Positions 39,958 to 49,610 of a stretch of 64,000 bases of DNA are shown here, in pieces. Source of the stretch: Gemmatimonadales bacterium (GTDB taxonomy: Bacteria > Gemmatimonadota > Gemmatimonadetes > Gemmatimonadales > GWC2-71-9); assembly GCA_965249575.1 (NCBI GenBank), contig OZ252244.1:3232001-3296000 (forward strand), written 5' to 3'. Under the pieces are notes generated by a model. That model had not been told where the DNA came from. It worked only from the letters and a program-made list of their open reading frames with translations, and searched no databases. How positions within the stretch are numbered: the stretch's first letter is position 1; the number at the start of each line of letters is the position of its first letter. Made by a program: the position numbers and the translations under genes.

Positions 39958-41843
39958 CCGAGCTCGGCGCGTTGTACGGGTTGATCGTGGCTGGCGCCGC
40001 GTTCGCCGCGGCGGTTGGCCTGACGCCGGTCGCCCGCGCGGTGGCTCATCGCACGGGGTTGGTCTCCGTGCCGTCGGCCGACCGGTGGCATGTGGGCGCC
40101 ACGGCGCTCCTCGGGGGTGTCGCGCTCTTCGGCGCGACGCTCGGGGTGGCCGGCTTGGCACTGGTGGCGCTTCCCGATACGGGGATGGGGCGGATTCTGA
40201 GCGGTCTCACACCTCCCGTCGTGGGAACGCTGGTCGCGGCGACCTTCATGTTCGCGGTCGGACTCGCGGATGATCTGATGCACCTTAGGCCCCAGGTGAA
40301 GTTCGTCGCCCAGGCGGTGGCGGGCATCGGCCTCGTGAGCAGCGGGGCGATCCTCAACGTTACGCCCTGGTATGCCCCGAACGTGATCGCCACCCTGTTC
40401 TGGTTCATCGCCCTCACCAACGCGTTCAATCTCCTCGACAACATGGATGGCATCGCCGCTGGCGTCGCCGGAGTGGCGGCTGCGTTCCTGGGGGTGGCGT
40501 TCTACCAGCAGGGCGCGTGGGTACATGCGCTCGTTGCCTGGGCGGTGGCCGGGTCCGCTTTCGGCTTCCTGCTCTTCAACTTCCGGCCGGCATCGATCTT
40601 CATGGGCGACGCCGGGAGCTTGTTTCTCGGGGCGCTGATGGCGGGACTCGTCGCGTCGTCACCGACTCCGGTCGCTGCCGGGTTCGTCTGGGCGTTCCTG
40701 GTGCCGGTCTCCATCGTGGCGGTGCCCGTTTTGGATACGGCGCTGGTCACCATCACGCGCACGCTGGCCGGCCGGGCTGTCTCGCAGGGCGGCAGGGATC
40801 ACAGTACGCACCGTCTGGTGGCGCTGGGACTCGAGGAACGACAGGTCGCGCTGGTGCTGTATGGGCTCACAGCGCTGGGCGGCACGGTCGCGCTCCTCAT
40901 GCGGCGGCTCGATACCGGGCTCGGCGGGATGATCGGCGCCGGATTCTTCGTGGCGGTGTGCCTCCTCGCCGCCTATCTGACCCGGGTACAGGTTCACGAT
41001 CGCGCCTACGAGGGACGGGACAAGCCCGTGTCTAAGGTGCTGACCAAGCTGCTCTACAAGCGCCGCCTGGCGGAGATGCTGCTGGACGTCGTGCTCCTCG
41101 CCATCGCCTATTACGGTGCGTACCGCTTGCGTTTCGACGGGGTCCCGCCCGGCGAGTATGCGCAGATTTTCCGCTCGACGGTGGCCATCGTGATCGGCGT
41201 GAAGATCTTCCTGTTCGGCCTGTTCGGCGTCTACCGGGGGTCGTGGCGGTATGTGGGAATCGGCGATCTGCATCGTCTCTTGGGTGCGATTTCCGCGGGC
41301 TACGTGGTCTTCGCGCTGTATGCCTCCGTTCGCGTACCTGCGCTCGCCTTTCCGGGCTCCATCCTGATAATCGACGCCTTGCTGACCGCGGGCCTGGTAC
41401 TGGGTTCTCGCCTCTCGTTCCGGTCGTTCGAGGCGCTCGGACGATTGCTACACGCTGGTAGGGGGGTGGCGATCTACGGAGCTGGGGATGCCGGAGAGCT
41501 GGCCGCCCGGGAGCTGCTGAACAACAAGTCCCTCAAGATGAAACCGGTCTGCTTCTTGGACGACGACTCGAGGAAACACGGCTCGCTGGTCCACGGGATC
41601 CCGGTGGTTGGCGGACTCGACCGAGTGTCGGCCGTGGTGCGACGTTTTGGGGCAGAACTGATTCTCATCAGCACGAGGAAACTCTCGCCGAGAACCATTG
41701 CTCGGGTCCGGGATCTGGCGACCCAGCAGGGCTTGCAAGTCGCCGAGCTGTCCGTCGATGTGCGGACCCTGTCGAGTGAGGCCGACGTCAGCGCGGACCC
41801 ACCGGTTCCGGCGCCGGAGCTTGAGGTGTCGCGGTACTCCTAG
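39954..41843 (+). CDS. WecA/MraY-family phosphoglycosyl transferase fused to a CapD/PglF N-terminal (TM + CoA-binding-like) region
   Basis: GLADD, NAFNLLDNMDG, IFMGDAGS, DHSTHRL; then GVYRGSWRY, IYGAGDAGE, FLDDD..KHG..GIPV. Confidence 0.85.
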   Translation: MTELGALYGLIVAGAAFAAAVGLTPVARAVAHRTGLVSVPSADRWHVGATALLGGVALFGATLGVAGLALVALPDTGMGRILSGLTPPVVGTLVAATFMFAVGLADDLMHLRPQVKFVAQAVAGIGLVSSGAILNVTPWYAPNVIATLFWFIALTNAFNLLDNMDGIAAGVAGVAAAFLGVAFYQQGAWVHALVAWAVAGSAFGFLLFNFRPASIFMGDAGSLFLGALMAGLVASSPTPVAAGFVWAFLVPVSIVAVPVLDTALVTITRTLAGRAVSQGGRDHSTHRLVALGLEERQVALVLYGLTALGGTVALLMRRLDTGLGGMIGAGFFVAVCLLAAYLTRVQVHDRAYEGRDKPVSKVLTKLLYKRRLAEMLLDVVLLAIAYYGAYRLRFDGVPPGEYAQIFRSTVAIVIGVKIFLFGLFGVYRGSWRYVGIGDLHRLLGAISAGYVVFALYASVRVPALAFPGSILIIDALLTAGLVLGSRLSFRSFEALGRLLHAGRGVAIYGAGDAGELAARELLNNKSLKMKPVCFLDDDSRKHGSLVHGIPVVGGLDRVSAVVRRFGAELILISTRKLSPRTIARVRDLATQQGLQVAELSVDVRTLSSEADVSADPPVPAPELEVSRYS

Positions 41844-41901
41844 TGGCGCGTTGGGGTCGAGTCAGGGCACGAGCAACGAAAGCTGGTTACACTCCGCCGC
41901 C

Positions 41902-43590
41902 ATGATCCGACGACCGCGATCCCGCCACTCAGTACCCAACCACGTTTCCCATCGGCGCCGGCGCGTTCTGTATTTGGCGGTCATTGGGGGATTGGCCGGG
42001 TCTGCCGGTCGGCCCGCAACCGCCCAAGACCTCCCGGTTGGCGATCCTCTCGTGCAGTACCTCAGAGTGCTCCAGGTGGCTGGAGCCGCCACTCCCATTC
42101 CGCTATCGATTCGCCCCTTTGGGTTCGAGCGGGTCCGCGACGCGCTCAGCGGGCGGCGTCACCCGTGGGAGGAGCGTATCCCAGGAAGGACGGCCACGGT
42201 CATCGACTTCGTGAGCATTCTCGATCCTCGCGCTCGATCCTTCTGGAACTCGACGAAACCCGATGGGCGGAATGACGGAGCGGTATGGCAGGGGAAGGGT
42301 GCCTCAATGGAGTTGTCGGGCGGTGCGGTTGGGCGCCTAGGGCCCGTCACCGTGGCCATCCAGCCCTCGCTGATCTACACTGAGAACCGCTCGTTCCCCC
42401 TGGCACCCAGCCTGCCGATCCCCACCCGCTCGCTCTTCGCGAACCCGTGGTACCCGCGACGCGGCATCGGAGGGCAGAGCATCGATCTTCCGCAGCGGTT
42501 TGGTTCCGAGGATTTCTGGACGATCGATCTCGGGCCCAGTTACGTCCGGGCTGATCTTGGCCCCGCGGCAGTCGGCTTCTCCAACCAAAACATGTGGTGG
42601 GGACCCGCAATGCGGAACGCGATCGTGCTGAGCGATAATGCGCCGGGATTCTTGCATGCGTTTCTGGGTACCTCGAGTCCCACTAGCGTCGCTATTGGAC
42701 GCGTCGAGGCGCGCTGGATATGGGGCCGGCTCGCGGAGTCGGAGTACTTCGACAGCGACCCGACGAATGACCGACGGTTCGTGACCGGACTCGTACTCGG
42801 GTTCGTGCCGAAGCCGCTTCCGGGCCTGCACCTGGGCGCCGCACGACTGTTTTACGAGCTCATCCCTGCGGGGGGGCTCGAGTTCTCCGAGTACTTTCTG
42901 GTGTTCCAAGGAATTACCAAGGCGAGCCAGCGTTCGCCGGGCATGCCGAGCGGCGATGATGATCGCGACCAGCTCCTCTCCCTGTTCGCACGATGGGTCT
43001 TCCCGGCGAGCGGGTTCGAGGCGTTCGTCGAGTGGACTCGGAACGACCACAACGCCGATGTTCGCGATTTTCTCACTCAGCCCGAGCACAGCCAGGCCTA
43101 CACGTATGGTTTCCAGAAGACATTCCGTGCCGGTCCGCAGAAGCTGGTGCGCGTGCTGGGGGAGCTCACCCACCTCGAACTCAGCAAAACGATACTGGAT
43201 CGGGCCACTCCGACCTACTACGCGCATAGCCGCGTGCCACAGGGCTACAGCCACCGGGGCCAAATCGTTGGCGTGGGCCTCGGACCCGGTAGCAACAGCC
43301 AGCATCTCGGTGTGGACCTCTTCGCACCGTGGGGCGGATTAGGCGGGTTCATCACCCGGGAGGCACATGACAACGATACGTATTACCGGCTACGCGCCGA
43401 CAACCTCGTTAGCGTCGCGACCAATAACGTTGAATTGCGCCTGGGCGTCACTGGCCGGTATTTCTTAGCTGGTGTCGACTTGGATGGAACCCTGTGGTGG
43501 GGGTGGAAATTAAACCGCTATTTCGTTTTCCGCAACGACGTGAGCAATCTGCACCTGCAGGTCGCCGTACGCTGGCGCCTGTCTCACTGA
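41902..43590 (+). CDS. Capsule assembly Wzi-family outer-membrane protein
   Basis: Signal peptide; NQNMWWGPAMRNAIVLSDNAPGF; beta-strand-rich with an aromatic C-terminus. Confidence 0.8.
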   Translation: MIRRPRSRHSVPNHVSHRRRRVLYLAVIGGLAGSAGRPATAQDLPVGDPLVQYLRVLQVAGAATPIPLSIRPFGFERVRDALSGRRHPWEERIPGRTATVIDFVSILDPRARSFWNSTKPDGRNDGAVWQGKGASMELSGGAVGRLGPVTVAIQPSLIYTENRSFPLAPSLPIPTRSLFANPWYPRRGIGGQSIDLPQRFGSEDFWTIDLGPSYVRADLGPAAVGFSNQNMWWGPAMRNAIVLSDNAPGFLHAFLGTSSPTSVAIGRVEARWIWGRLAESEYFDSDPTNDRRFVTGLVLGFVPKPLPGLHLGAARLFYELIPAGGLEFSEYFLVFQGITKASQRSPGMPSGDDDRDQLLSLFARWVFPASGFEAFVEWTRNDHNADVRDFLTQPEHSQAYTYGFQKTFRAGPQKLVRVLGELTHLELSKTILDRATPTYYAHSRVPQGYSHRGQIVGVGLGPGSNSQHLGVDLFAPWGGLGGFITREAHDNDTYYRLRADNLVSVATNNVELRLGVTGRYFLAGVDLDGTLWWGWKLNRYFVFRNDVSNLHLQVAVRWRLSH

Positions 43591-43682
43591 GGTGAAAACG
43601 GCGCCAATCGGTCCGCCGCTCTCCGGGCCGGTCGCAACCCCGGTTTTCGGCGAGGCTTTCGCTTTCGCTGTAGAACGGTCTC

Positions 43683-45149
43683 GTGCTGCTACGGCATAGC
43701 GCACTCTACTCGGTGGCCCGTGGTGCTCCGGCGATCGTCAACTTTTTGGCGCTCGCTCTCTACAGTCGGCTCCTCTACCCGGAGGCCTACGGGCGGTACG
43801 CGCTCGTCGTCGCGGCCGTTGGGCTGACCAACGCCGTGTCGTTTCAGTGGCTCATGCTGGGGCTGCAGCGCTTCCGGCCAGCTTACGACGCGCGCAAAGA
43901 CGTCTTTCTGTCGAGTATCGTGGCCGGGTACCTCGGTGTCGTCCTCCTGACCGGCGCGCTGGGCTTCATGGCGTACGGTTTCGGGGGACCGGAGCTCGGG
44001 TGGCTTCTCCCACTCTCACTCCTGTTGCTCTGGGTTCAGGCGTGGTTTGAGCTGAATCTCGAGCTGAAACGCTCGGAGCTCGCTCCGAGGCGTTATGGAT
44101 CGCTCGCGATCTCAAAGGCGGTGCTTGCCGTGGCGCTCGGCGGGCTCCTGGCGTATCTGGGCTTCGGAGCCACTGGTCTGATCGCGGGGCTCATCGTGGG
44201 AATGGCCGTGCCGTCCCTGACCCTAGGAACTGGCGAGTGGCTTTCGGTTCGCGCTCGGAGCGTCGATACCGGCGTGCTCAAGCAGCTCTTTGAGTACGGC
44301 CTCCCGCTGACTGCCGCGCAGGCGCTGACCGTCCTGATCGGAAATACCGACCGCCTGATGCTCGGCTGGCTCCGAGGGGAAGAAGCGGCCGGCCTCTACG
44401 CAGTGGGGTACGACTTGCCCCAACATTCGCTGGGCGTCTTGATGGGGATCGTCAACATCGCGGCTCTTCCGCTCGCCATCCGGGCGCTGGAAGAAAGGGG
44501 CGTGCTGGGAGCGAGACAGCAGCTCCGCCAGAACGGGTGGCTGCTCGTCCTCATCGCGGTGCCGGCCACGGTGGGGCTCGCTGTTCTCGCGCCAAATATC
44601 GCTACGGTGATCCTGGGAGCGGAGTACCGGGAGATCGCGGCCCGGCTGATCCCCTGGGTGGCGCTGGCGGGCTTACTTTCAGGGTTCAGGGCCTTTTACT
44701 TCGATCTCGCTTTCCAGCTCGGCAAGCGGACCATCGATCAGATGTGGGTCAGGCTGGTGGCTGCAGGGGCCAACGTCCTCCTCAATCTGTGGTGGATACC
44801 GAGGATGGGGCTGTTGGGGGCGGCGTACGCCTCGGTGGCCGCTTTCGCGATTGGCCTGGGCGTGAGCTGGTGGACCGGGCGAAGGGTGTTCCCGCTGCCG
44901 CTGCTTCCGGCAGACTCGTTCAAAGCCATGCTGGCCGCCGCGGGCATGGGGATCGCGCTGTGGCCCACCCATTCGTTCCGTGGCCCTAGCCTCCTCGTGG
45001 GCCAGATCGTCGGCGGTGTCGGAGTGTACGCCGTGCTGCTTCTCTTGTTGAACGCCCGAGGAGTCCGGGCCCGCGCGGCACGGCTCGTGCGCGCCGGGGT
45101 AAGGACCATCGGTCTTGCATCAGGAGGGAAAGATGCCGGCCACCCGTAG
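43683..45149 (+). CDS. wzx: Wzx flippase (MOP superfamily)
   Basis: Many TM segments; LYPEAYGRYALV, YGLPL, DRLMLG..AGLYAVGY, LLNLWWIPRMGLLGAA. Confidence 0.9.
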   Translation: MLLRHSALYSVARGAPAIVNFLALALYSRLLYPEAYGRYALVVAAVGLTNAVSFQWLMLGLQRFRPAYDARKDVFLSSIVAGYLGVVLLTGALGFMAYGFGGPELGWLLPLSLLLLWVQAWFELNLELKRSELAPRRYGSLAISKAVLAVALGGLLAYLGFGATGLIAGLIVGMAVPSLTLGTGEWLSVRARSVDTGVLKQLFEYGLPLTAAQALTVLIGNTDRLMLGWLRGEEAAGLYAVGYDLPQHSLGVLMGIVNIAALPLAIRALEERGVLGARQQLRQNGWLLVLIAVPATVGLAVLAPNIATVILGAEYREIAARLIPWVALAGLLSGFRAFYFDLAFQLGKRTIDQMWVRLVAAGANVLLNLWWIPRMGLLGAAYASVAAFAIGLGVSWWTGRRVFPLPLLPADSFKAMLAAAGMGIALWPTHSFRGPSLLVGQIVGGVGVYAVLLLLLNARGVRARAARLVRAGVRTIGLASGGKDAGHP

Positions 45150-45236
45150 AGAGGGTAGCCACCCAGTCGCCGGCGTGAGCGGTCCTCGAGGGCCGGCTCG
45201 TTCCCAGGGGCAATCGTGTGCAGGAGGCCGTGCAGA

Positions 45237-46064
45237 ATGAACACCCTATACCGAGATAGAAAGCTGTCCGATGGTTTTCCCGACATCGAGCAGCGCGGCG
45301 TAGCATACCACGCCTGTTCTCATGGAGAACTGCCACACTACACCCGGGAGTTCATGCAGTGTATCGGGCGCCTCATTGACGTGACCGTCGGTCCCCGGAC
45401 GGTGCTCGTTGCGGGGTGTGGCCCGAAACCGCACGCGATCAGAGTCCTGCTGGAAATGGGGTACGACGCGGTTGGGTTCGAACCCGTGCAGGGACTTCGG
45501 CGCTCCGCGGTGGAGTTCTTGGGGGACGAGAAGCGCGTGAGCCCAGGAACCGCTGAAGCGATGCCGTTTCCCGACCGGTCGAAACGGATCATCTTCATGA
45601 CGAGCGTGCTCGAGCACGTTGACTCACCGCAGAAGAGCCTCGCGGAAGCCTACCGCATTCTGCAGCCGGGCGGCGTGCTCTTCATCTACACGACGAATCG
45701 CTTGAAATTCAGGCTCAGCGGGTACAATGGGGAATACCGGGTGCCGTTCTTCAACTGGTTTCCGGCGGTGGTCCGGGAATCGTACGTCTTCAGGCACCTC
45801 CACTACGATCCCACCCTGGCGAACTACAACCCTCGTCCCGCGTTTCACTGGTTCTCGTATCCGGATCTCTGCCGCCTCGGGCGGGAGGTCGGCTTCGGCC
45901 AATTCTACTCGCTGCTCGACCTCGCGGATCTGGACAACCGTCTGGTGGCAGGCAGCAGGCTCAGGAGGTTCTTGCTGAACAAGGTGCGCTACAACCCCTG
46001 GCTTCGGGGATTGACGCTGACGCAGACCGGCGGTTCGATCTTCATGCTGAAGCGACCAGAGTAA
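45237..46064 (+). CDS. Class I SAM-dependent methyltransferase
   Basis: VLVAGCG, AEAMPF, VLEHV, RILQPGG; AGGAGG RBS before ATG 45237. Confidence 0.85.
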   Translation: MNTLYRDRKLSDGFPDIEQRGVAYHACSHGELPHYTREFMQCIGRLIDVTVGPRTVLVAGCGPKPHAIRVLLEMGYDAVGFEPVQGLRRSAVEFLGDEKRVSPGTAEAMPFPDRSKRIIFMTSVLEHVDSPQKSLAEAYRILQPGGVLFIYTTNRLKFRLSGYNGEYRVPFFNWFPAVVRESYVFRHLHYDPTLANYNPRPAFHWFSYPDLCRLGREVGFGQFYSLLDLADLDNRLVAGSRLRRFLLNKVRYNPWLRGLTLTQTGGSIFMLKRPE

Positions 46065-46140
46065 TGTCTCGCAAGGGTCACGAACTGGGCTGACGTCTGG
46101 CACAGGCTTCCCAGATCGGCGCATCTCCCAATGGGAAGGG

Positions 46141-47424
46141 CTACGGTGCCGTCATCAGCCCCCCGTCGCCGAGGTGGAGGTAGGAGGAGTTGCGGGCTAC
46201 CCGAATTGGGCCACCCATTCGGTGAGACTGCACCATCGTCCCTTTGAGTTCGAGCTCCGGCGCGTCGATACGCTGGCCGGGAAACAGTGAGATGTGAGAC
46301 CCGTTGACGCTGCAGGATCCACCCGCATCGATAACGCTCTGCATGGTGCCGTGGATCTGTTTGACGCGAATGGTTGACGAGTCGAGCGCCACCCCACGCG
46401 CCAGGTGGATGTACGGCGCTCTCGACCCGACTGCGACGCAATCCACGACCATTCCGGATGCGCTGTCACGGAACTCCGCTACGGCCGGCCACTGCTCGAT
46501 CTGACCGGAGAACGCGATGGAGGCGATGTCGCTGGTGTTGAACCGCAAGGGGTGGAGCGACTCGTTTCCCGGCAGTCGGTTCGTGTAGACGTGGTTCAAG
46601 TGAATGTTCGCGGCGTTCCAGAACTCGTATGCTGCGTGGGTGAATGCGCCGGCCGTCGTCTGATTGAGGTCGCAAATGGTCATTGACGCGGGCCCGCTTA
46701 GGGGGCCTGCGTGCGGCGAAGGAATACCGAGCACATCGGTAGCAGCAAAGGCGAAGGGGAGGTCGGCGATACACCGCACTTGCACGGCGTACCAATGTTC
46801 GGAGGCCACGTTGTAGATGCCGATCGTCCCGCGCTTCGACGCTTGCGGGCGTCGGAGGAGAAAAATCATGATGTCCTCGTATCGGTGAAACTGCGCGAAC
46901 CGATTGGTGCGGGAACGCCCCATGAGAATTCCTACCGTCGACGGGTTCCGGGTGGTGCTCGTGGCCTCCGAGAGCACGCGGAAGCCTCGAAGCGTAACGT
47001 ACTGGCTCCCAACGGTGTCGATCACGATGCCGCCGGTGTTGCCGAGGAAGGTCGTCGCCTGCTGGCCGCCGGTCTGCGTGGTCCCCGCACCCGCGAGTGT
47101 GATCGGGTTGTCGTCGCGATCCGTGAGATCTAGCGTGGAGTCGAGCCGGTAAACACCTGCCGGGAAGTACACGAGCGAAGCACCGGAGTTGATGGCGCGC
47201 TGTATCGGGCCAGCGTCGTCATCGACCCCGTTTCCCGTGGCGCCGAATCCGCGGACATTGGCCCACCCCACATCATCGACATACGGGTGAGAGCGCCCGG
47301 GTGACGGCGCCGGCGCTGCGGCCATGCGGGCCCCGGGGAGGCCGCCGGAGCTGGCCAGCATGCCCAGTCCCGCCAATCCACTGGCGAGCGCGTCTCGGCG
47401 GTTGAGGATGTGGCGGTCGGTCAT
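46141..47424 (-). CDS. Tat-exported right-handed beta-helix protein (Pectate_lyase_3/GH28-related)
   Basis: Twin-arginine signal NRRDAL plus hydrophobic core; NVRGFGATGNGVDDDAGPIQRAIN..VYFPAGVY. True start is ATG 47424, not 47940. Confidence 0.8.
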   Translation of the reverse strand: MTDRHILNRRDALASGLAGLGMLASSGGLPGARMAAAPAPSPGRSHPYVDDVGWANVRGFGATGNGVDDDAGPIQRAINSGASLVYFPAGVYRLDSTLDLTDRDDNPITLAGAGTTQTGGQQATTFLGNTGGIVIDTVGSQYVTLRGFRVLSEATSTTRNPSTVGILMGRSRTNRFAQFHRYEDIMIFLLRRPQASKRGTIGIYNVASEHWYAVQVRCIADLPFAFAATDVLGIPSPHAGPLSGPASMTICDLNQTTAGAFTHAAYEFWNAANIHLNHVYTNRLPGNESLHPLRFNTSDIASIAFSGQIEQWPAVAEFRDSASGMVVDCVAVGSRAPYIHLARGVALDSSTIRVKQIHGTMQSVIDAGGSCSVNGSHISLFPGQRIDAPELELKGTMVQSHRMGGPIRVARNSSYLHLGDGGLMTAP

Positions 47425-47713
47425 CGTTGGAATCCCATGATCTTGGTGAGTGGCGCTGAGCGGTCGCTCGCGGGACCGGCGGGTCCCGTCTCGTGGGCTG
47501 AAGGTACTCGATTCGTGAGAGGGAGGGGCCGGTGGTGGGGGAGCTCTGTCCGCGCATTTCAAATATCGATTACGCGCATTATCGTTCAGCGCCCATGGAC
47601 TTCCTGCAGGCACGTGACGACTTGGCCATAGCGCGACAGGTGGCCGCATGCCGTTCCCGAACGGCGTACGGCCCTTCGGTCGACGCCCTCGCTTTTCGCG
47701 TGACGCTTTCAGT

Positions 47714-49597
47714 GTGTGCGGCGTAGCCGGGTTCTGGTGGGGTGGGGAAGAGGCCGCGAGCGCCGCAGGCATCGCGCAGCGGATGGCGGACGCCATTCGG
47801 CATCGAGGCCCCGATGATGGGGGCGCGTGGACCGATCCGCAGGGTGGTATTGCCCTCGGACACCGTCGGCTGGCCGTCATCGATCCATCGCCCCTGGGGC
47901 GGCAGCCGATGGTCTCTGGCAGTGGACGGTTCGTCATCACCTACAACGGTGAGATCTACAACTATCGGGAAGTCTCCGCAGAACTGGAACGCGCGGGTAT
48001 GCGCCCCCGCAGTCACTGTGACACCGAAGTTCTGCTGGAAGCGATCGATCGATGGGGTCTCGATGCGGCGCTCGCTCGGTGCGCGGGGATGTTCGCCTTC
48101 GCGCTGTGGGACGTGGCCGATCGGTCACTCCATCTCGTCCGGGACCGGGTTGGCGAAAAGCCGCTCTACTACGGATGGGCCGGGGACGCTTTTCTCTTCG
48201 CTTCGGAGCTCAAGGCGCTGCGCGTCCATCCGTGTTGGCGCGGCGACATCAACCGGGATGCCGTCGCCGTCTATCTGAGACACGGCTATGTGCCGGCACC
48301 GCACTCGATCTACCGCGGCATCCGCAAGGTGCGCCCCGGGTCTATCGTCACGCTGCGAGATGGTCCCACGGGGCGCCCGGTGGAGGAGCGCCGGTATTGG
48401 GTTGCGGCCGATGCGGCGCGCAACGGAGCTGCCGATCCCATCGCCGGTAGCGAGGGCGAGATCGCGGAGCGGTTCGAAGCGGCCCTTCGAGCCACCGTTG
48501 GGCAGGAGATGATCTCCGACGTGCCCCTTGGTGCGTTTCTGTCAGGCGGCGTCGATTCGTCTCTCATCGTCGCGCTCATGCAATCGCAGAGCGGTACGCC
48601 TGTGCGGACGTTTTCGATCGGATTTCATGAGCCCCGATTCAACGAAGCGGACTATGCTAAGGCGGTCGCCGGCCACCTCGGTACCGATCATACCGAACTG
48701 TATGTAACTCCCGCGGATGCGCTTAATGTCGTGCCGCGCCTACCCGAGCTGTATGACGAGCCGTTCGCCGATTCCTCACAGATCCCGACCTTCCTGCTCG
48801 CCGAGTTGACCAGACGCAGTGTAACCGTGAGCCTGTCGGGCGACGGGGGCGACGAGCTTTTCGGTGGATACGAACGGTATCAGTGGGCCGACCGGGCACG
48901 CCGTTGGAGGCGTTGGATGCCGGGGCCGGTTCGTCGAGCGGCGGCGGTCGCTGTGTCTGCGGGATCCGGCCTCGGCCGGGTCGGTGAGAAAGGGAGACGG
49001 ATCGGGCGGCTCCTCGGTTCGAGCAACGACCTCGACATGTACCGCGAGCTGGTTTCGGTGTGGCACGATCCCGCCCGGCTCGTCATCGGGGGAAACGAAC
49101 CGCCGACGGCGATCACGGACGGTCGCTTGTCGAGGGAACACTCGTTTATCGAGAGACTGATGCGCATCGACCTCTCGACCTATCTGCCCGACGACATCAT
49201 GGTGAAAGTCGACCGGGCCACGATGGGTGTCAGCCTCGAAGCGCGCGCGCCGTATCTGGATCATCGGATCGTCGAGTTGTCGTGGAGGCTGCCACTGGAG
49301 TTCAAGGTGCGCGCGGGACGGGGCAAGTGGATTGCTCGGCACCTGCTGCACCGGTACCTCCCGCTTCGATTGATCGAGCGTCCGAAGCGAGGGTTTAGCG
49401 TGCCACTCGATGAATGGTTGCGCGGCCCCCTCCGAGAGTGGTCGGGTGACCTGCTCGGCGGGCGTCGGGTACGGGAAGATGGATTCCTGAATGCCGCGGC
49501 CCTTTCGGATGCTTGGCGAGTTCACCAGGACGGTGGAGCCGACTTGGGTTATCGACTTTGGGCGCTGGTGATGTTCGAGGCGTGGCGGCAATCCTGA
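47714..49597 (+). CDS. asnB: Asparagine synthase (glutamine-hydrolysing)-type amidotransferase
   Basis: Ntn N-terminus (V)CGVAG, HRGPD, GHRRLAVID, NGEIYN, LSGGVDSS, SGDGGDELFGGY. Confidence 0.93.
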   Translation: MCGVAGFWWGGEEAASAAGIAQRMADAIRHRGPDDGGAWTDPQGGIALGHRRLAVIDPSPLGRQPMVSGSGRFVITYNGEIYNYREVSAELERAGMRPRSHCDTEVLLEAIDRWGLDAALARCAGMFAFALWDVADRSLHLVRDRVGEKPLYYGWAGDAFLFASELKALRVHPCWRGDINRDAVAVYLRHGYVPAPHSIYRGIRKVRPGSIVTLRDGPTGRPVEERRYWVAADAARNGAADPIAGSEGEIAERFEAALRATVGQEMISDVPLGAFLSGGVDSSLIVALMQSQSGTPVRTFSIGFHEPRFNEADYAKAVAGHLGTDHTELYVTPADALNVVPRLPELYDEPFADSSQIPTFLLAELTRRSVTVSLSGDGGDELFGGYERYQWADRARRWRRWMPGPVRRAAAVAVSAGSGLGRVGEKGRRIGRLLGSSNDLDMYRELVSVWHDPARLVIGGNEPPTAITDGRLSREHSFIERLMRIDLSTYLPDDIMVKVDRATMGVSLEARAPYLDHRIVELSWRLPLEFKVRAGRGKWIARHLLHRYLPLRLIERPKRGFSVPLDEWLRGPLREWSGDLLGGRRVREDGFLNAAALSDAWRVHQDGGADLGYRLWALVMFEAWRQS

Positions 49598-49610
49598 TGG
49601 TTGTCGTCCG

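Noticed and set aside
47425..47940. Extended 599-aa version of the beta-helix protein
   Set aside because: Overlaps the asnB start; the Tat signal places the start at 47424.
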